From NCBI GenBank assembly GCA_042576345.1, contig JBHPCE010000001.1, forward strand, positions 1 through 61,831: a DNA stretch of 61,831 bases. The letters are read 5' to 3'. How positions within the stretch are numbered: position 1 is the first letter of the stretch; every line of letters begins with the position of its first letter. The position numbers and the translations under genes are program-made. This document shows, in pieces, positions 47,505 through 58,090 of this stretch. Source of the DNA: Candidatus Babelota bacterium (GTDB taxonomy: Bacteria; Babelota; Babeliae; Babelales; GCA-2401785). The notes below the pieces were generated by a model. It searched no databases and was not told where the DNA came from. It saw only the letters and a list, made by a program, of their open reading frames with translations.

Positions 47505-48178
47505 GCCTTTTGGGAATTTGTCGTCTCTGCAACATCATTCATGCTGAACATAATCGCCTGATTAAAATCGTCCAAAAGTTTTTTTACCTTGCTAGAAAGA
47601 CCCCGTTTTTTTGGCTCTTTTGTTACCCTCCAGTCACCTATGGGAAAGTTCAAAAACGCCCCCATTGGCGTTCCCTTGTAGAAAAGACTGCCACCGGGAC
47701 TGATGATTTTTTTGATAGAAACGCGCCTGCTGAGCTTTATATCTTTCCCCACCGTCAAACCATTTGGAAGAGTTGCACCAAAACCGGGAACAACGCAGTA
47801 TCCCTCTTTAAGCTTTACGATGTCGTAAAAAATATTGCCGCCAATGGAAGGATTATCTCGAACATACGGCCCCCGCCAATTCTTCGGATATGCCAGGTTT
47901 ATGTTGCCAACCTCGGATCCGACAAAACTTTTTATGGTCAAAAAATCGACAGGAACCCGAGTTCTTTGAACGTCTGTTATTGCACACGACTTGTCGATAT
48001 CTTCCAAAATAGAGGCGATTTTACGGATATCTCTGTTTATCAAACGTGCCTGATCCCACGTTCTGGCATAAAAAACCCAGACCATAGAGCCTGCTATGAG
48101 TAAAAACAGAAACGCCGAAGCCGCTACTGGAAACCGCTCTTCTAACCACTTTATTTCCATCATCATCCTCCTCCTCAT
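47501..48178 (-). CDS. Hypothetical protein with an N-terminal TM anchor
   Basis: The ORF is 225 aa. The anchor reads FPVAASAFLFLLIAGSMVWVF. No family was recognised. Confidence 0.55.
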   Translation of the reverse strand: MRRRMMMEIKWLEERFPVAASAFLFLLIAGSMVWVFYARTWDQARLINRDIRKIASILEDIDKSCAITDVQRTRVPVDFLTIKSFVGSEVGNINLAYPKNWRGPYVRDNPSIGGNIFYDIVKLKEGYCVVPGFGATLPNGLTVGKDIKLSRRVSIKKIISPGGSLFYKGTPMGAFLNFPIGDWRVTKEPKKRGLSSKVKKLLDDFNQAIMFSMNDVAETTNSQKA

Positions 48179-48190
48179 TTTTTTTTAAAC

Positions 48191-48838
48191 CTAGCCCCAA
48201 AACCTGATTCCAGCCATTGTAAGGTTAAACAACAGATAAACGCCAATTCCAAAAAATGCCACACCCATGAGTGACGTGATGAAAGTTTGAAAACGCTCTG
48301 AGAAAAAATTACCAACACGCGATGCCAGCAAACTGACAAGTGAAAGCGTGAAAAACGCACCAGAAGAAACAGCCGTACCACTGTAAAGAATCACATGCAT
48401 CGGCAACCTCTGAACTATGTATTGAGAAAATAGTTTTGCCGCCACACCGGCGTAAAACAAAATTGCGATGGGGTTGGATAGTGTTATCAGTGCGGCGCTG
48501 AACGCCATCCAAAAAAATCCACCACGCCCAACAACGGGTATTTGTTGTATTGCGTGCCTGGCAATCAAAACCCTAATGCCCATAAAAATCAGAAAAATAC
48601 CACCAACAAGCTCTAACGTATGAACAATCCAACCGTCGTAGTAAGAAACCTGAAGTAGCCCTGCAAGCGCTAATCCAAAAAATGTACCCTCTACGATTGA
48701 TGTTCCAAGAGCACTAAATACCCCAGAAAAAAATCCTCGTGTCACCGCTCGCTGCATAACGAGCATAAAAATTGGACCGGCAAACCAACCACCTATCGCA
48801 CCGACCAAGAACGACTTGATAATCATTTCCATCAACAT
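48191..48838 (-). CDS. LysE/RhtB-family amino-acid exporter
   Basis: It has six hydrophobic segments. The LysE-type N-terminus reads FLVGAIGGWFAGPIFMLVMQRAVTRG. The start is set at the ATG at 48838, preceded by GGAGGTG. Confidence 0.7.
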   Translation of the reverse strand: MLMEMIIKSFLVGAIGGWFAGPIFMLVMQRAVTRGFFSGVFSALGTSIVEGTFFGLALAGLLQVSYYDGWIVHTLELVGGIFLIFMGIRVLIARHAIQQIPVVGRGGFFWMAFSAALITLSNPIAILFYAGVAAKLFSQYIVQRLPMHVILYSGTAVSSGAFFTLSLVSLLASRVGNFFSERFQTFITSLMGVAFFGIGVYLLFNLTMAGIRFWG

Positions 48839-49093
48839 CCCCGCACCTCCATTTTTTGCGCACCGCTTTTCGCTCACCGCGCGCTATGCAATTTGCAATT
48901 TAATTATATTACCCAAAAAGCCATAAAATAAAGAGTATTGAAAGTGTAAATTTCTACAAACAACTAAAAGTCGCAAGGGTCAAAAACTTCCAACTCAATT
49001 TTTTCAACAATCCAAAACCCTCTTTTTTTGTTAGTATGTCTTTACTTCGCATTCAAATATGGACTCAAAAGCAAAAATCGAAAGCACGAAAAT

Positions 49094-50440
49094 ATGGGTA
49101 ACCTAGCATTTGGAACAGATGGTATCCGCGCAAAATCGAACTCAGAAATATTCAAACCCGAGAATATAAGCCGCATTGCAAGCGCCATATCGTTCTGGAC
49201 AAAAGACAAAGTAAACAAAAGTGAGCCTTGTATTCTTATAATTTCTGACACCAGAAAATCTTGTGACACAATAAAAAAGCACCTTACAGAAAGCCTAAAT
49301 TACTACGGATGCAATGTGTTGGATGCTGGGGTTCTTCCGACTCCAGCCGCACTAGTAATTTTAAAAAAACACCCAGAAATTGACTCTGCCGTTGTAATTT
49401 CGGCTTCTCACAACCCAGCCGAGTACAACGGAATAAAAATATTTGGGTCAGAAGGCAAACTTTCTGAAATAGACGAAATACTGGTATGCGAGGCATTTGA
49501 AAAAAACATCTCCCCAACCCCTAAAAATATTACAGGAACTGCGAAAAAATGGGAAAATAGCGCAATTTTTTATGAAGAAAAGATTTTGATCCCATTTTCT
49601 ACGAATCTTCTTGCAGGCAAAAAAATCGCACTCGATTGCGCCAATGGCGCGGCTTTCAGGGTTGCTCCAAATATTTTTCGTTCTCTGGGAGCCCAAGTAA
49701 CCACGATTGGAAATACACCAGACGGCACAAACATAAACAAGGGCGTAGGTTCCGAATATCCCGGCGCTTTGGCAAAAGCAGTTTTGGAAAACAACGCAGA
49801 TCTTGGCATAGCATTCGACGGCGATGCCGACAGAATTTTGGCAATAAACTCCAAAGGTAAAAAAAGAGACGGTGATGACATCGCTTACATTATATCTAAA
49901 CATCCCGACTTTATGGAAAACACAAAAATAGTTGGAACAATCATGACCAATGAAGGCCTAAGACATCAGCTCGATCAAGAAGGTAAAACTTTTGTCAGAA
50001 CAAAAGTTGGCGACAAATATGTTTCGCGAAAAATGCAGGAAATTAATTCAAACTTAGGTTCAGAGCCCTCCGGACACGTTATCATAAGATCTCACATCCC
50101 TTGCAGCGACGGTATTTTCGCAGCACTCAAGCTTTGCGAAACACTTTGTGAAACCGATAACTGGGAAATGAAATCATTCAAAAAATTTCACCAAAAAACA
50201 ATCAACGTTAAAACCGAAATTCGCAAAAATTTGTCCGAACCACCTTACTCAAATATCATCGAATCATGCAAAAATGATCTCAACGGCGGCAGGGTCGTGG
50301 TACGCTACTCAGGCACAGAACCTTTGCTTCGCGTAATGGTGGAGGCAAAATCAAAAAATGAGTGCGAAAATAGCGCACTAAAACTGGCAAGTGAATTAAA
50401 AAAAGCTCTGGATGAGCACATTATTAGGAGAAAACAATGA
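49094..50440 (+). CDS. glmM: Phosphoglucosamine mutase
   Basis: It carries GTDGIRA, SASHNPAEYNGIKIF, FDGDADR and GSEPSGH. The start is set at the internal ATG at 49094. Confidence 0.9.
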   Translation: MGNLAFGTDGIRAKSNSEIFKPENISRIASAISFWTKDKVNKSEPCILIISDTRKSCDTIKKHLTESLNYYGCNVLDAGVLPTPAALVILKKHPEIDSAVVISASHNPAEYNGIKIFGSEGKLSEIDEILVCEAFEKNISPTPKNITGTAKKWENSAIFYEEKILIPFSTNLLAGKKIALDCANGAAFRVAPNIFRSLGAQVTTIGNTPDGTNINKGVGSEYPGALAKAVLENNADLGIAFDGDADRILAINSKGKKRDGDDIAYIISKHPDFMENTKIVGTIMTNEGLRHQLDQEGKTFVRTKVGDKYVSRKMQEINSNLGSEPSGHVIIRSHIPCSDGIFAALKLCETLCETDNWEMKSFKKFHQKTINVKTEIRKNLSEPPYSNIIESCKNDLNGGRVVVRYSGTEPLLRVMVEAKSKNECENSALKLASELKKALDEHIIRRKQ

Positions 50441-51114
50441 TAAGATCCTTATGGGAAGGCATAAAAGCAATTGTACATTACATCAAAAGCTTGTTCATGG
50501 CTGGAATTTTTACACTGCTACCATTGGCTGTTACAGCCCTTGTTGTAAAATTTTTCTACGGAATTTCATACGGCCTTTTGGCACCATTTGACTACATAGA
50601 TCTACTCCTGATGGGATCTGCAATATTACTTGTGGGCCTTCTTGGTCGATTCATAATCACAAGAGCAATTATCAACCCCATAGAAAGGCTGATTAAAAGA
50701 ATTCCAATTTTGGGTGCATTTTACTCCGGAATAAAGACCATGGTCGATTTCTTCAACGTTTCTGGACACCCAGAGCGCAAAAGACAGGCAGTTCTAATCC
50801 CCTATCCCAAAGACGATTTTTACAGCGTAGCTTTTGTTGTGGGCCCAGCCGACAAGGACTTTCAAAGCCTCCTTCCAGGCCAAAATCCAGAAAACAAAGA
50901 CAAAATAATGAAAGTGTTTATTCCAACAACACATGTACACTTCGGCTTTTTCACACTCATCCCAGAAAGTAAAATAATTTATACCGACATAAAACTCGAA
51001 GAGGCCGTTAAAACAATACTTTCCTGTGGAATCATTGTTCCAGCAAGCTTGAGGAAAAAGAAAATAACTCATCAGGAACAAAAACCTCTAGCGGATGAAA
51101 AAACAAACCAATAA
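50437..51114 (+). CDS. DUF502-like membrane protein
   Basis: It has two N-terminal TM segments with GIFTLLPLAVTALVV, followed by a soluble domain. The start overlaps the glmM stop. Confidence 0.5.
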   Translation: MIRSLWEGIKAIVHYIKSLFMAGIFTLLPLAVTALVVKFFYGISYGLLAPFDYIDLLLMGSAILLVGLLGRFIITRAIINPIERLIKRIPILGAFYSGIKTMVDFFNVSGHPERKRQAVLIPYPKDDFYSVAFVVGPADKDFQSLLPGQNPENKDKIMKVFIPTTHVHFGFFTLIPESKIIYTDIKLEEAVKTILSCGIIVPASLRKKKITHQEQKPLADEKTNQ

Positions 51115-51205
51115 AAACACTAGCTGATTGATTTACAAGACCGCGTTTTTTTAGCCTCTTTTCCACAAGAACCCAAGCTCAAGTCAAATGTAAAAGGGGA
51201 AGGCG

Positions 51206-52186
51206 GTGAACAGAAAAAGTTTTTTTGCAATGAGTTTTTTTTGCACGTGTCTTCTGGGTGTTGCGCTAAATTCATTTCACCCAAAACGCTCAGAACCGCT
51301 AATGATCGAAAATGAGCCTGTAACGCGCCAGCCTATGCGAAATAAGAATTTCGAAGCAATCTCCACCAGTAGACTTTGTTCCATTGAGACGAGAACAGAC
51401 GATGACTACACATACATCCACGTCTTTTGTCCAGACAAGTCAGAATGCAAAAAAATCATCTGCGGCGGAATTTTGCCACATCTTTATCCAATCGAAGAAA
51501 CATCATACAACTGGATGACCCGTACAAAGAAGCACAAGCTTTACCAAACACCGCTCCCACTTCCAACAAGATCTACAATATTCAGGTGCATTACCGGAAG
51601 CTCAAAGTTTGGAGGAACGTTGCTAATCGATGAGTACAATAAACATATGCCAATGTGGTGGAAACTGCGATCAATAGGCGAGCTAAAAAGTCTTATCAGC
51701 TACTTTAACGAAAAAGCAGTTCTCAACAATGCAATTCCACAAAATGACAACATTCTTTTTATCTCAGTAGAAGAATATCCGTTTTTGATATCCTCCCAGG
51801 AAGAAGAAGCGGTTCCAATGCTTAGCAAGGCAGAAATGGGCATTTTAAAGACTTATTTTACGGTCGTAGAGGACGAACGGATCATTCAAAACTGCCACCT
51901 TTTTCACAGAACCATGATGATCAGCATGAGCAAAATTGAAAACAGCGACTACAAGCTGGCATCCAACTCACTTCGGCAAACAATTGCCGATTCTTTAGAA
52001 CGCGGCTACAAATCCTTGGGATTTAAAGAAATCGCCCTGATAATCATTTCCGCAAAAGTTATTCATCTACTGCAAAAAGCAGAATCTTCGATGGACGACC
52101 TTTTCAAGGCCGGCCTAAAAAAAACCTTTGACGCCCTACACGACTTTTTGAGAGGCAAATCCAGCGAGGAAGAGAAAAAAGAATAA
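51206..52186 (+). CDS. Hypothetical secreted protein
   Basis: It has a GTG start after AAAGGGGA and a signal-like N-terminus. No motif was recognised. Confidence 0.5.
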   Translation: MNRKSFFAMSFFCTCLLGVALNSFHPKRSEPLMIENEPVTRQPMRNKNFEAISTSRLCSIETRTDDDYTYIHVFCPDKSECKKIICGGILPHLYPIEETSYNWMTRTKKHKLYQTPLPLPTRSTIFRCITGSSKFGGTLLIDEYNKHMPMWWKLRSIGELKSLISYFNEKAVLNNAIPQNDNILFISVEEYPFLISSQEEEAVPMLSKAEMGILKTYFTVVEDERIIQNCHLFHRTMMISMSKIENSDYKLASNSLRQTIADSLERGYKSLGFKEIALIIISAKVIHLLQKAESSMDDLFKAGLKKTFDALHDFLRGKSSEEEKKE

Positions 52187-52195
52187 CAATTCAAC

Positions 52196-53731
52196 CTAAG
52201 TCTTCGTCTCCTCGGCAACTTTAAGACTGACAGAGTTTTCTTTAGAAATTCGCAAACGCTTTACCAGCGAAAAAGAGTCCTTCAGTACCTTCTTTGAATC
52301 AAAAACACCAAGAACACCTACGTGATTTTTTAACACAACAAATTCGTCATTCTTCAAAGATCTTTCAACCTCTCTTCTAAAATCTTTTAGAGTATTCGTC
52401 TCAACATCACCAACAGATTTTATCAGATCTCCCATACGAATGCATTGCCCGGTAGCACTCGCTTCACAAGTCGGAATCACGTATGTAACTATCAATGCTG
52501 GACGACCTGTACAAACTTCCATTAACAAATATTTAGCAAGAAGGGGATTGTGTTTTTCGAAGGCTCTAACATGAGATTTAGACAGCTCCATCACGACAAA
52601 TCCTGCACCAAAAACCTCGTAATCAATTTTTTCATAACCAAAGAACAAATTTCTTACAGGGGGAACATTGGTATTCTTCTTTTTTTCTTTTAGCTTCAAT
52701 TTCTTACCAGAACGAAAAACTCCAACTTCTATGTCGGCCCCTAAAGGCAATCGAGAAATCACCTCTAACAATGGAACAGGCTCGTCACTCCAACCAACCG
52801 AAACCAAGCCGTTTCTGTCAATTTTTTTTCCGTTTACCTCACAAATTAGATCTCCCTTTTCAACTCCCATTCTACCCGCAAAACCTTCGGGACAAAGATC
52901 AACCACGTAAACACCTCCCAAACCCTTTGGACACTTCAAAAATTTTAACAACGAAGGTGTTGCTAGTTGCACGGTTACACCACAAAAAAGCCGTCTAACA
53001 ATCTTGGTTTTCTTCATTTCTTCAATCACGGCTTTAACCGAGTCGATTGGAATCATATAACCTACATTCTGAGCATCACTGAATGCAGCAAAATTAATTC
53101 CAACAACCCAACCCTCCTTATTCACAGTTGGACCACCGGAATTTCCATTATTAATCGGTGAAGTGGTTTGCAAACAGATTGAGTTGAAGCCAACAATATC
53201 GAACGTAACAGTCTCCCATCCGGAAACAACCCCCTGAGCACCTTTTAAATGCTCTTGCCCAAGAGGAAATCCCAAAGCTAACGTAGCACTCCCCCTTCTC
53301 ATCTTGTCAGAAGATCCAAATCTTAAAAAAGGAACTTTTTGAAAATTATCTTTTAATTTTTTTATACCCTCATCACACAGTTTAATGAGAGCTAAATCAT
53401 TTTCTGGAGAAATACTTACAACTTCAACATCAAAACGATTCTTTCCAATAGATGGAACCTGTATTTGTACACGTTTTGCATTCGCAACAACGTGATAATT
53501 TGTAATAATCAATCCACTTTCGTCTATTAAAAATCCACTACCACAACACTGAGAAACTTCGCCTTCCTTGTAAGGCTCACTGAAACTGAACCCTGAAAAA
53601 TCGTTAAAAACTTGAACAACAGCATTGCGACACCTTTCCTGCACATCGGCCCAGGAATCGCCAAAAAACCAAGCATTTAAAGGCAAAAAAGACGAAAAAA
53701 CCAAACAACAAAACAATAAACTTTTTTTCAT
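52196..53731 (-). CDS. HtrA/Deg-type trypsin-like serine protease, paralog 1
   Basis: It has a signal peptide. The catalytic triad contexts are ITNYHVV, NDLALIKL and NNGNSGGP. A PDZ-like C-terminal region is present. Confidence 0.8.
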   Translation of the reverse strand: MKKSLLFCCLVFSSFLPLNAWFFGDSWADVQERCRNAVVQVFNDFSGFSFSEPYKEGEVSQCCGSGFLIDESGLIITNYHVVANAKRVQIQVPSIGKNRFDVEVVSISPENDLALIKLCDEGIKKLKDNFQKVPFLRFGSSDKMRRGSATLALGFPLGQEHLKGAQGVVSGWETVTFDIVGFNSICLQTTSPINNGNSGGPTVNKEGWVVGINFAAFSDAQNVGYMIPIDSVKAVIEEMKKTKIVRRLFCGVTVQLATPSLLKFLKCPKGLGGVYVVDLCPEGFAGRMGVEKGDLICEVNGKKIDRNGLVSVGWSDEPVPLLEVISRLPLGADIEVGVFRSGKKLKLKEKKKNTNVPPVRNLFFGYEKIDYEVFGAGFVVMELSKSHVRAFEKHNPLLAKYLLMEVCTGRPALIVTYVIPTCEASATGQCIRMGDLIKSVGDVETNTLKDFRREVERSLKNDEFVVLKNHVGVLGVFDSKKVLKDSFSLVKRLRISKENSVSLKVAEETKT

Positions 53732-53774
53732 TATGCATCCTATCGGTAGAAAAACATTCTATAAAAACTTTAAA

Positions 53775-55472
53775 TCAGCAAACCACACAATTTTTTGATT
53801 CGGCTAGAACCATTGAATGCGTTTTATCATACATGAAAAGATTTGCCAGTCTAGTTTCATCTTCGAAAAGCGGCCTTGTGGCAACAACTGCCAATCTGTC
53901 ATCATCCGTCGTAATCCTTACAAACTCCTTAGATCCAGTCTTTTTGAGCTCCTTTCTGAGCTCCCCAAGAGTTGACACTTTTTTTCCGTTGACCTCATCT
54001 AGAAGTGATCCAACCGTGATAATTCCCCTCATGTTGTGAACCTTCGATGTTGGTTGTATGTGTGTAACAATAAGCCTTTTGTCATATTGATGTTCATCGA
54101 ACGCGTATTTGATAAGCGTTGGGACATTATCACCTAAAATGGCTATATGATTTAATGCAAGCTCCATTATCACAAGCCCACCAAAGACCTCGTAGTCAAC
54201 ATTTTCATAATCGGGATACACAAACCTAATCGGCGGAATCTCATCTTTTTCAAAAACAAACTTAAACTCTTTTCGCTTGCCACCTCTGTAAACGACAAAA
54301 GAAATCTCATCACCAACTACAAGCCGATTCAAAAGATCCATTCCAGAAACCTTGTCCTCACTCCATGTGACAACAACATTGCTCTGGTAATCGAGCAGAT
54401 GGCCATTTATCTCTTTGATCACATCACCTTTTTTAAGACCAACCTTTTCTGTAAGACTCCCTTTCATGACCTTTGTCACATAAAGACCACCACCTTTTGG
54501 AAAATTTAAATATTTTGCCATGTCTTCCGTTGTGTGCTGCATAGCACATCCTAGTCGCGGTTTTCTTAAAAGCTCCACGTTGTGCAAATCCGCAATCGCA
54601 CTTTTGACATCGTTGATTGGAATGACATAGCCAACATTTTGGGCATTGGCTGCACCAGCAAAATTGATGCCAATAACCTCGCCATTACCGTTAAGCGAGG
54701 GACCTCCCGAACTTCCAGGGTTAATTGGCGCCGTCATCTGAAAACAAAGCTGGCCAAAACTACGCTCGCTAAAAATTATGCGTTCCCATCCACTCAAAAT
54801 CCCTTGCGTACTCTTGATATGCTCCATTCCAAGCGGAAAACCAAGAGCCAAAAGCTCTTCACCACGCTGGACATCATCTGAACTCCCAAATTTCAAAGCA
54901 GGAATTTTACCGAATTCTTGTCGCAACCTTGCACATCCATACTCATCGAGTTTTACCAGAGCCAAATCTCTCTCTGGACTAACGCCCAACACATGCGCAT
55001 CAAACCTCTCTTTCCCAAAAACAGGAAGTTGAACTTGAACTCTCAGTGCCTGGGAAACAACATGATAATTTGTGAGAAAATGACCTTTTTCATCAATGAA
55101 AAATCCACTCCCCCTTCCCTCTCCTTGACTAGGCACCTTGTAAGGTTCCAACCAATTAAAGGCCAAGGTATTTGTAAATACCTGAAGAACGGAATTACGA
55201 GCCTTTTTTTGAACTTCAATCCATCTGGACGGCACAATCCCAGGCTTATTTTCCAACTGCTCTGTAAAAACAGCTCTTTTTCTCGAAGCTTCTTTAACCA
55301 CGCTGATTTCACTTTTTATTTTATTAAGATCGGTAGAAATTTCCGAAAACTTTTTGGTGAAACCAAAATCAACCCCAAAAAAACTGTAAAGGATGTAAAA
55401 AATGAAGCCTGTACACAAAACGGGCAAAACAAAATAACGCACAATTTTCACAGAATTTTTTTCAAAAAGCAT
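53775..55472 (-). CDS. HtrA/Deg-type trypsin-like serine protease, paralog 2
   Basis: It has an N-terminal TM segment. The triad contexts are LTNYHVV, RDLALVKL and NPGSSGGP. A PDZ-like region is present. Confidence 0.8.
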   Translation of the reverse strand: MLFEKNSVKIVRYFVLPVLCTGFIFYILYSFFGVDFGFTKKFSEISTDLNKIKSEISVVKEASRKRAVFTEQLENKPGIVPSRWIEVQKKARNSVLQVFTNTLAFNWLEPYKVPSQGEGRGSGFFIDEKGHFLTNYHVVSQALRVQVQLPVFGKERFDAHVLGVSPERDLALVKLDEYGCARLRQEFGKIPALKFGSSDDVQRGEELLALGFPLGMEHIKSTQGILSGWERIIFSERSFGQLCFQMTAPINPGSSGGPSLNGNGEVIGINFAGAANAQNVGYVIPINDVKSAIADLHNVELLRKPRLGCAMQHTTEDMAKYLNFPKGGGLYVTKVMKGSLTEKVGLKKGDVIKEINGHLLDYQSNVVVTWSEDKVSGMDLLNRLVVGDEISFVVYRGGKRKEFKFVFEKDEIPPIRFVYPDYENVDYEVFGGLVIMELALNHIAILGDNVPTLIKYAFDEHQYDKRLIVTHIQPTSKVHNMRGIITVGSLLDEVNGKKVSTLGELRKELKKTGSKEFVRITTDDDRLAVVATRPLFEDETRLANLFMYDKTHSMVLAESKNCVVC

Positions 55473-55493
55473 AGCGGTACTCTAAAAAAAGGA

Positions 55494-56003
55494 TTACTTA
55501 CAAACGCTAACTCTGGCATGGCGAAGAACAACGTCCTTAAACTTGTAACCTTTTCTCAGAACTTCGACAATAGCCCCAGAATCGTGCTTTTCAGATTCTA
55601 CAGAAACTAAAGCTTCGTGAAAATGTGGATCAAAAGGAACCGTACAATCAATTTCTTCAACACCCTGATCTTGCAAAATCTTATTAAACTTCTTTTGAAT
55701 CAGCCTAAAACCTTCCATCCACTCTCTGTCCGAATCTGTTGTTTCAGAAGCTTCTGCTGCGAGCATCGCTAGATCGATATCATCGATCAAAGGCAAAAAT
55801 AGACGTAAAACTGCAGCCTGACTGACAATACCCCACCCAGCGCGTTCTTTTTCTGTCCTTTTTTTGAAATTCTGAAAATCCGCCGTTACACGCAAAAGCC
55901 TCTCAGAGCACTCTTTTAGCTTATTACAATAAGCCCCATCGCTTCTGTTTTCCACTTCAACTTTTTCTACAGCCTCAGCTCCAACGTTCTTTTTATCTTT
56001 CAT
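55494..56003 (-). CDS. grpE: Nucleotide exchange factor GrpE
   Basis: It carries LLRVTADFQNFKKRTEKE and GFRLIQKKFNKILQDQGVEEI...FDPHFHEAL. The start is set at the ATG at 56003. Confidence 0.85.
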   Translation of the reverse strand: MKDKKNVGAEAVEKVEVENRSDGAYCNKLKECSERLLRVTADFQNFKKRTEKERAGWGIVSQAAVLRLFLPLIDDIDLAMLAAEASETTDSDREWMEGFRLIQKKFNKILQDQGVEEIDCTVPFDPHFHEALVSVESEKHDSGAIVEVLRKGYKFKDVVLRHARVSVCK

Positions 56004-56236
56004 CCGACACCCATAAATAACTTTAAATAATAGAAGAACCACGATTTTTAGGAAAAGTAGCCATTCGGTAATCTTACCATAGAAAACCAAATGCTCAAAA
56101 TTTGAATTTCACAAAGCATATGTAACGAAAAAATAAGTGGAAAATTTAGCTAAAGTTGGCAGCAAATTTATCAACATATTCACAAACCAATAGAATATTT
56201 TTTCATACCTCATCAAAAGTCCTTCGCAGTTATTCG

Positions 56237-57244
56237 TCAGGTACTCTCTTGCGCCTTACCAATAACCGACCTTATAGCTGCTTGGATGACTGCCTCTTCT
56301 GCATCATCGTCGAAGACCCAATGTTCCTCGTCCCAGCCACCACCTGCTTTAACCAATAGTTCATCAAATTCATCAACCTTTTTTGCATTATCTAAATAAG
56401 CTAAAAGTGTATCTGCATTTTCTTCAGTAATAATCCCCGTAGCAATCTCTTTTAGCCTAACAAATCCATAGTAATCTTCATTCAACACATCAAAGTACAA
56501 CCTTTCAGCAAGTTTTTTAATAGCCTCATCTTTACTTGTAACTTGCGCAGTCTGCACAACTACCACAGCATCTTCTGCCTCCTTACTACTATCTTCTACT
56601 CCTCTTTCTTTCTCACTACCTCTTTCGCCATCATGAACTGGTTCAACACTGTGCCTTAGAACTCTCATAGTCTGCACAGTAACCGGATTTCCATTTTGAT
56701 CCTTACCTACCACTGTTTCATCTTCACCAAGCTGTCCCCCCACAAATCCCAACATAGTGTCGTCATCACCTTCTTCATCGCCTTGTCCGCCTGCAATAGG
56801 AGCTCCTCCTGGCTTGTCATCGTCTTCTTCTTCTTCTTCTTCTTCTTGTTGTTCTTCTTCTTCTTCTTCTGTTTGTTCTTCTTCTACTGATTCTCCTTTT
56901 CTTCTTTGAAACAGCATATTAATACCGCCCACCAACGCACAACTCATGCAAAGTGCGCGAATTAAGTTTCTTTTTTTATTTTCTTTACTAATGAATGTAA
57001 CCTTTAAAGCCTCTTTAAGGGCTTCTTGAATCGATTCAGATCTCGGCTTTTGTTGGATGAAGTTGTATGCAAACGCAACAACAGATTCAATTCCAGCCCC
57101 AATACCTAAAACAATCCCCAGGCTAGCAATACCCTGCACAAGTTCACTTCTACTTGAAGAATCAGCTCCAGAAGGCGTATCCGTTGCTCCAACCGAAACA
57201 CCTACTGACAAAACAAATAAAACTGTAAAAAACATCTTTTTCAT
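56237..57244 (-). CDS. Secreted acidic (poly-E) protein with a hydrophobic hairpin
   Basis: It has the signal peptide MKKMFFTVLFVLSVGVSVGA, followed by a TM-loop-TM segment. The acidic tract reads EEEQTEEEEEEQQEEEEEEEDDD. Confidence 0.65.
   Translation of the reverse strand: MKKMFFTVLFVLSVGVSVGATDTPSGADSSSRSELVQGIASLGIVLGIGAGIESVVAFAYNFIQQKPRSESIQEALKEALKVTFISKENKKRNLIRALCMSCALVGGINMLFQRRKGESVEEEQTEEEEEEQQEEEEEEEDDDKPGGAPIAGGQGDEEGDDDTMLGFVGGQLGEDETVVGKDQNGNPVTVQTMRVLRHSVEPVHDGERGSEKERGVEDSSKEAEDAVVVVQTAQVTSKDEAIKKLAERLYFDVLNEDYYGFVRLKEIATGIITEENADTLLAYLDNAKKVDEFDELLVKAGGGWDEEHWVFDDDAEEAVIQAAIRSVIGKAQEST
56823..56885 (-). repeat. Imperfect (GAA)n / (CTT)n trinucleotide tract encoding poly-Glu
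   Basis: The plus strand reads tcttcttcttcttcttcttcttcttgttgttcttcttcttcttcttctgtttgttcttcttc. Confidence 0.85.
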
Positions 57245-57573
57245 AACACTTTTCCTTTTTTAATTAAACAATCACTAATCCTTCATACAGCAACCGGCCG
57301 CATAATCCCACTGAACACAATAACGATTATAGACCAAAAAAATAATAATGCAAGTCTTCACACAAAATACATCATTTTTATACAGACTGACAATTCGCCA
57401 CCCTCTTTATCCTTTCGATTTCACTGTTCTAGAACTAAAAATCGACAGTACAATACAGAAGTATGGTTCGAGATTTTCTTTGATGCCGTAGGAGCCCCAA
57501 ACCTAACCTTGGGCCTTTACGACACATTTGTTTTTTGGCAAAAAACCGATAGCTTGATTCAGATTTCCCTATA

Positions 57574-57741
57574 ATGTCATCCCAAACTTGATCTGGGATC
57601 TAGTCCTTTTTTGCCAAAAAAATATCTTGATTCATAAGATTTAATCATCTGAACTTAAGCTCAAAAGCCCCTGTTCAAGCGTCCTTTAAAATAAAATCCT
57701 CTGGATTAAGAGGTCTAGATCCCAGATCAAGTCTGGGATGA
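57574..57741 (+). mobile_element. MITE copy 5
   Basis: The termini are tgtcatcccaaacttgatctgggatctag ... ctagatcccagatcaagtctgggatga. The internal sequence is like copy 1. Confidence 0.85.
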
Positions 57742-57756
57742 TGGACTGAAAAAGTT

Positions 57757-57975
57757 CTAAACCAATGGCAACGGCTGTTTTCGGCCTTGCCAAAACTCTG
57801 GGCCATAGTCAATTAAAAGCTGCTCTCCAGGCTTAATATCTCTTGCAGCTACAAAAACCAAGTGCCATAGCCCTCGGTGGTAGACGTACTCCCCATCAAT
57901 GTTTCTTTTCGAGTCGTGGTTCAGAAACCTGAAATAATTCTCGTGTATTTTGGACCTACAAAAGCCATTAAACAT
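57757..57975 (-). pseudogene. 3' fragment of a second SET-domain gene
   Basis: The 72-aa ORF has a C-terminal 60 aa (NYFRFLNHDSKRNIDGEYVYHRGLWHLVFVAARDIKPGEQLLIDYGPEFWQGRKQPLPLV) that duplicates the C-terminus of 59845-60672. The catalytic N-terminal part is missing. Confidence 0.8.
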
Positions 57976-58090
57976 GCAAATCTACGCGAATTTACGCGCA
58001 AAAAAACAAAACTCGCACTTTTCCTAAAATATTATAATATAAGTAATATAATTAAATGTGGATGATTAATTTTATATAGAAAGGTGGGGC

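Noticed and set aside
47471-48103. A 210-aa plus-strand ORF overlaps 47501-48178 (-).
   Set aside because: Its translation is Cys/Arg-rich and featureless. The minus-strand product has a clean TM anchor and normal composition. The plus-strand ORF would also overlap the mreC end.
54918-55610. A 230-aa plus-strand ORF overlaps the HtrA paralog 2 and grpE ends.
   Set aside because: The opposite strand encodes proteins with a clear catalytic triad and GrpE motifs. This ORF has no motifs and spans an intergenic gap.
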